Assembly: GCA_964016885.1 (NCBI GenBank)
Contig: OZ024741.1
Location: 153,450,001 to 153,514,000 of the forward strand
DNA: 64,000 bases
Direction: 5' to 3'
DNA from: Eledone cirrhosa
Lineage: Eukaryota
The notes below the pieces were generated by a model that saw nothing but the letters and a program-made list of their open reading frames with translations, made no database searches and was not told the origin of the DNA. Shown here in pieces: positions 58,203 through 64,000 of the stretch (positions are counted from its first letter, which is position 1; every line of letters begins with the position of its first letter). A program made the translations under genes and the position numbers.

Positions 58203-59685
58203 AATGAACTAGTAATGATGAGTAAATACTTACTCCCTCACTCCATTTGTTTTGTTTGTGATGTAAAATATATGTAAATGGTGTCATGGACAATAGAGAG
58301 AGGATTAGCAAATTTTAAGGCTGGAAGAGGAAAAATTCAGCCTATGTGACAGTCTTGGTTAGCCTATAAGTATTTGGTCATCTGATGTTGTGAGGCCTAC
58401 CTCAAAAGTATCAAATTTTAAAATTAAATATAATTTTGACTTTAGGTAATTAAACTTAAAATCTAGTGGTTAGGGTGTTAGTCTTGTAGTAAAGGTTTGC
58501 AGTCTAGTAGTTAGTGTTGGACATGCCATGAATGTTTGTAGTTTAGTGGTTCAGGTCATGGGCTCAACAACCTTATTGGGCTGCACATTGTTTTCAAACA
58601 AAGCATTTCATTTTGGGATGGACTGGTATCCTACCAAAGAAAGTCTTGTATTAGTTATTCAACTGCACATTATACCAGGGGGCAGGCTATGGCCTGATGA
58701 GCTTCGAGGTTCGAGAAAGACTTTAAATATTTTCTTAACATTTCTTCTCCAGCTCAGCTTTATAAATTGATTAATTTAATGTATCAAGTTGGTTCATTTA
58801 TCACTGATAAAATATGTTGGCAGTTGTTATCAATAAAAAAAAATTGCCTCATGCTCATTCAGCAAGATTAAATGTACAAGACTTTTGTTTTTATTCTTTA
58901 CACAATTTGAAAATATAAATTTCTATTTCCTTGGGTATGCTTTTGTAAATAAATTCCATAGTTGTGTTAACAGTAAAGAAACCAACAAAAGAATTATGTT
59001 CTTATCACTTAGGTACCATGGGGTTCAAGAGTGATATTTCAAGATGGTTTAGTAAAAATATTTCTGAAATGCATTGTTAAATGTACATTATATACATAAC
59101 TAGGATTGTCAATTGCCTTAACTTGCTGTCCACAAACTCAAGCAAATACAAACCATGAACGGACACTCAACTACACCCACCAGACACACTGCATAAGACA
59201 AAGTAAAAACCAATCATGCCTATGAACTTCTACCCAAACATTCTTAGCATAACAACAACTAAGCTGCACCGATTACTGATACAGAAGCAGTGGATGTCAT
59301 CAGGCTGTAGCTGTTGTATTGTGTGGTATTTATATTACCCTGCACACAATATTTTACAGTTATATTTTTGATGTCATACATTGTTTAGATCATTTTAAGA
59401 CTTTAGCTACAAGAACCAGTTTATTTCAAACTCATACATATATAGACAGAAGGGATATTCAATTTGTTGGTAATTCAACAAATATAAATGTTTATAACTG
59501 ATTCAGAGCACTCAACAGTTTTCTGGAGTATATGATATTAAATAATGATATTAAATAAATGGAAACTATAAATTGTTGGTACCCTTGAAATATATATAAT
59601 AGAATATATATGCTTTTATAAATATAGTTTCCATTTATTTAATATTGTACATATATATATATATATATACACATACATACATACA

Positions 59686-60291
59686 TGGTGGCTGCCAACT
59701 CGTTTTCAAGTACGGCCACTACTTTATATCCATGTAGGAGAACCCCTACCGATGGGCTGAACGAGTGTGACTTTTTAGTCCAGCCAGCGACTTGAAAACT
59801 CTGGTACAAACACTACACTTGTGATAATTACTGACACATAGTGCTGGGCCCATGGTACCATGTGACGACAAGTGCAGAGAGATCTCCAGATACAAAGCAA
59901 TGCCTGTGCCGTGAAGCTTTTATAGTGAGCAAAAGCACTGCACAAAGCCAGTCCCACTCTCTTAACCAAGATGATATTTACCAAAAAGAACAAGCCAACA
60001 TCATTGGATACCATCAGGGTTGCAGGTGTTATATCAGAGTTTTCCTTCTCCTAGAATTCTGCCTTGACAAAGGCTAAGGGGTCATCTCTCCTGGTGATTT
60101 TGGATGGCCATTGACTCTTAAGAGCTCCTTTGCCCTTTGACAGGTTTTGTTTTTAGTCCTGCAGGATGTCCAAAGTCACCCTCCACACCAAGAAACCTTG
60201 GTGGGGTTGCCAGTTTAGTCGCCAACGACCCGACCATGAAACAGGTTGTACTGGGATACATGTTACCAGTAGCACCAACTGGTGACCTGAC
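59686..60291 (-). mobile_element. Family B copy, full length
   Basis: This is the reverse complement of 40003-40610 with few substitutions, and it has a (TGTA)n tail. Confidence 0.88.
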
Positions 60292-60305
60292 ATATTTGTA
60301 CATAG

Positions 60306-60354
<49 letters not shown>

Positions 60355-60530
60355 TAAACAGATATTGGTGATGATGATGATGTATATAGTTGTACATACA
60401 TACATACATACATACATATACATATATAAACAGATATTGGTGTTGATGTATATATTTGAACATAGATACATACATATATATATATACAATACGATATCAA
60501 CAAATGGAAACCATATTCACAAAACCATAT

Positions 60531-60593
60531 CCACCTCATACATATTTCAAGGACACCAAGTCAAACCACGGTGCGCCTTCATCAGATAAAATA
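60531..60593 (-). ncRNA. Degenerate hammerhead-like motif
   Basis: The minus strand reads tattttat-CUGAUGA-stem II (aggcgcacc/ggtgtcctt)-GAAA-uaugu-augaggug. The cleavage triplet appears to have lost nucleotides. Confidence 0.5.
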
Positions 60594-61213
60594 CAATAGA
60601 TCAGTCTTATAAATAAATATTGACATACCCTTAAAGAATGCGACCATTTCTGCTGGAAGCCCCGGACAGTGGGGCTATTAAATTTATTTAGTCTATTATG
60701 CAAATTAGTGTCGGATATGTTTAAATCACAGTAAATTTAAAACAAACCGTTGAAGTATGGAAAAAAAGGAAGAGAAAAAGAGAAAGAACAAAAGAGCAAA
60801 CTCTAAGAGGAAAATAAGAAAACAAGAGAAAGAGAAAGAGAAAGCCCTAAGTGATTGGTTGTTGTATTAGTGTAACTTTTAAGATGAAGTGAAAAAATAA
60901 ATATTTATTGGATGAGTTAGGAAGAGTAAATAAGCGTGAATAGAAAATAAATAAATAATAATATTAGGAAGAGTAAATAAGCGTGAATAGAAAATAAATA
61001 AATAATAATAACGAGAATGTTAACCAGTGTTTAAATATGATTAAATGTTTAGTTTATCAATTAAATTATTGAGATCTATACATTAAAATTGAGATCTATA
61101 TATTATTAAAATCTATATATTATTAAGACTATATATTATTAAAAATCTATATATTATTAAAAGAATATATTCATATATATACACACACACACATATATAT
61201 ATACACATACATA

Positions 61214-61271
<58 letters not shown>

Positions 61272-61470
61272 CACACACACATACATACATATATATACAT
61301 ACAATAAAAGATTTTTTTATGTTTAAGATATAGGAATTTTTCTAAACTTATAAAAATCGGAGAAAAATCATTTCTATATATATATATTTACATATATAAA
61401 CAGATATTGGTGATGATGATGATGTATATATTTGTACATAGATACATACATACATACATACATACATACA

Positions 61471-61881
61471 TGGTGGCTGCCAACTCGTTTTCGAGTACGG
61501 CCACTACTTTATATCCATGTAGGAGAACCCCTACCGATGCGCTAAACAAGTGTGACTTTTAGTCCAGCCAGCGACTTGAAAACTCTGGTACAAACACTAC
61601 ACTTGTGACAATTATTGACACATAGTGCTGGGCCCATGGTACCATGTGACGACAAGTGCAGAGAGATCTCCAGATATAAAGCAATGCCTGTGCCGTGAAG
61701 CTTTTATAGTGAGCAAAGGCACTGCACAAAGCCAGTCCCACTCTCTTAACCAAGATGATATTTACCAAAAAGAAGAACAAGTCAACATCATTGGATACCA
61801 TCAGGGTTGCAGGTGTTATATCAGAGTTTTCCTTCTCCTAGAATTCTGCCTTGACAAAGGCTAAGGGCTCATCTCTCCTGG
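61471..61881 (-). mobile_element. Family B copy, 5'-truncated
   Basis: It shares the family B 3' end and a (TGTA)n tail. Confidence 0.88.
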
Positions 61882-61907
61882 ATATATATATATACATACA
61901 TACATAG

Positions 61908-62052
61908 AGGAAGGGCATCCAGCCATAGAAAACCCGCCAGACAGTCCTATGCGAGCGAGACAACCACTCTTGCCTCAAGTGGGAAAACTGCCGTCCAAAC
62001 CCATGCAAGCGTGGAAGATGGACGTTAAACGATGATGATGATGATGATGATG
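61908..62052 (+). mobile_element. SINE 3' fragment with RTE-type (GAT)n tail
   Basis: It contains aggaagggcatccagcc...gcgtggaagatggacgttaaacgatgatgatg. Similar tails lie at 44040-44100 (+) and 63285-63342 (-). Confidence 0.75.
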
Positions 62053-62071
62053 GCATATACATATATATACA

Positions 62072-62288
62072 TGGTGGCTGCCAACTCGTTTTCGAGTACG
62101 GCCACTACTTTATATCCATGTAGGAGAACCCTTACCGATGCGCTGAACGAGTGTGACTTTTTAGTCCAACCAGCGACTTGAAAACTCTGGTACAAACGCT
62201 ACACTTGTGATAATCATTGAGACATAGTGCTGGGCCTATGGTACCATGTGACAAGTGCAGAGAGATCTCCAGATATAAAGCAATGCCT
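62072..62288 (-). mobile_element. Family B copy, strongly 5'-truncated
   Basis: It shares the family B 3' end and encodes [25 protein letters not shown]. Confidence 0.85.
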
Positions 62289-62455
62289 ACATACATACAC
62301 ATATAAACAGATATTGGTGATGATGATGATGTATATATCTGTACATAGATACACACATATATATATACATACATACATATACACACACATACACACACAT
62401 ACATACATGTATATATACACATCTATACATACGCATGTACATATATATATATATA

Positions 62456-63108
62456 TCGGACTCGGCGCAATTAACGGATCTTGTGGGGCTTTTTATTAAC
62501 AATACTTTACATAGGAAAATACTGGAGATGACCGGTGGTTTATATCGTGACAATATGTTATTACTTATTGAAAATAATAATAATTGTGAAGTAAATAGGA
62601 AAAGAAAAGAAATTATACAATTTTTTAAAAGCGTTAATCTTCAAGTAGAAGTAGAGAATAATTATAAAATAGTTAATTTTTTAGATGTAACTTTAAACCT
62701 TAACACTGGTCTTTATTATCCATTTCATAAAATAAATGAGAATTTAAACTACGTTAACATTAATTCCAATCACCCCAGATCCGTTAAAAACACTATTGTA
62801 AATTCTGTGCAGCAACGTATTTCTAGAATTTCAGCGAATAAAAATATATTTGAAGATAAGGCACAATATTGTAACGAAGCGTTAGGTAGATCAGGCTATA
62901 GTAATGAAATTAAATACATTGACAATAAGGATGTGCCAATTAACCATAACTATAAATATAATTATAATAGGAAACCTTGCACTAACTCGAAAATCAAAAG
63001 AAAAAATAGAACTAGAAATATATTATGGTTCGCTCCCCCTTTCTCATTAAGTATTAAAACTCCTATAGCTAAATTATTCTTTAAAGCTCTAGATAAGTGC
63101 TTTCCCAT
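62456..63108 (+). mobile_element. Penelope-like element RT fragment (palm/thumb; YRDD-type, Naiad/Neptune-like)
   Basis: It contains SDSAQLTDLVGLF, GLYRDN, VNFLDVTLNL, YYPFHK...YVNINSNHP, QRISRIS, ALGRSGY and ILWFAPPFS, and begins directly in (TA)n. Confidence 0.85.
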
Positions 63109-63464
63109 CCTGTACATCACATTTCTTTCTTTCTTCCAGTCACTTCTGTGCGCCAGTGTACTTCTCCTTGTCCTCCTCTTTCAATCTTTTCTATATTTCA
63201 TCTGCCTGTCACCCACCTTGTGGATTGTCTCTGTTGACCACTGGCAGAAGGTCTCCGTCCTCTGAGGCATTTTTGGCCATCACTGTCATCATCATCATCA
63301 TCATCTTCGTTTAACGTCTATCTTCCACACTAGCATGGGTTAGCATTTAGCAGTTTTAACAGCAGTTCAAGCGATGAGTTTTCTTATTTCTATTTGTATT
63401 CAAATACACTCTTGGTTCGTCTCGATCAGAGACATTTTTTGTATGTGTATGTATATGTGTGTGT

Positions 63465-63519
63465 GTGCTATTAAGTTAGACATGACCTGGGCCAATACTG
63501 GCCAAAACCTATCAAAGTT
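63465..63519 (+). mobile_element. 3'-terminal ~55 bp of the CR1-group LINE seen at 35071
   Basis: gtgctattaagttagacatg(a)cctgggccaatactggccaaaac..tcaaagtt(at)n matches the reverse complement of 35071-35125. Confidence 0.88.
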
Positions 63520-63545
63520 ATATATATATTATATAAAGGACTTCA

Positions 63546-63810
63546 TTTTCGAATTTTGATTTACAAATGTTTTATTCTCATTAGGACTTATCAAAATCAA
63601 TCATTTTATCAAGTCACCTCAACACATTCATCTTTTTAAACACATATATATATATATATATATATGTGTGTGTATATATGTATATATAAGTATGTATATG
63701 TGTATATATATATATACATATATATGTGTTTAAAAAGATGACTCTTGATAAAATGATTGATTTTGATAAGTCCTAATGAGAATGAAACATTTGTAAATCA
63801 AAATTTGAAA
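63546..63810. repeat. Inverted repeat (~100-bp arms) around a (TA)/(TG) spacer
   Basis: ttttcgaattttgatttacaaatg...tcatctttttaaacacatata is mirrored by tatatgtgtttaaaaagatga...catttgtaaatcaaaatttgaaaa. Confidence 0.85.
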
Positions 63811-63941
63811 AAAAAAATTTATAAGGAAGTATATGTAGCCTTATGTACAGTTTATTATTATAAGTTACCATATTTTGAACTGGTATAACTTCACTTACTT
63901 CTTTCCAGTTTTAATATTCAAAAACAAAGTCCTTTATATAA

Positions 63942-64000
63942 TACTAGCAGATATACCCGGTGTTGCTCAGGTATTAAATAGCAGTTGTGTATACCATTTA
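63942..64000 (+). mobile_element. Probable Helitron/Helentron-type non-autonomous element terminus
   Basis: tactagcag..tacccggtgttgctcagg resembles the ACTAGC..ACCCGGCGTTGCCCGG end motif of such elements. It is cut by the window edge. Confidence 0.45.

Overview
AT-rich, repeat-dense eukaryotic (animal) DNA. The SINE, RTE and microsatellite landscape resembles a cephalopod (octopus) genome, which is an inference. The only host coding sequence I can support is coding exon 1 of a Gq-class G-protein alpha subunit (13447-13564, + strand) in a locally CpG-retaining region. No exon 2 is visible, so the remaining ~50 kb is probably one giant first intron, broken by a 200-N gap. That intron holds kilobase-scale (TA)n/(TATG)n/(TG)n arrays, and the many Y/I/V/M/C 'ORFs' in the track are artefacts of these. 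The arrays are studded with retroelements: a young 5'-truncated CR1-group LINE with an open RT frame, scrambled RTE LINE pieces, a tRNA-derived SINE whose tail is the coding end of its RTE partner, a bipartite RTE-derived non-autonomous element, and a Penelope-like RT fragment. The most notable unannotated structure is a set of Penelope-type fold-back repeats carrying hammerhead-ribozyme cores. The best case is a complete type I hammerhead present twice, in opposite orientations, in a 156-bp-arm inverted repeat at 24471-24803.
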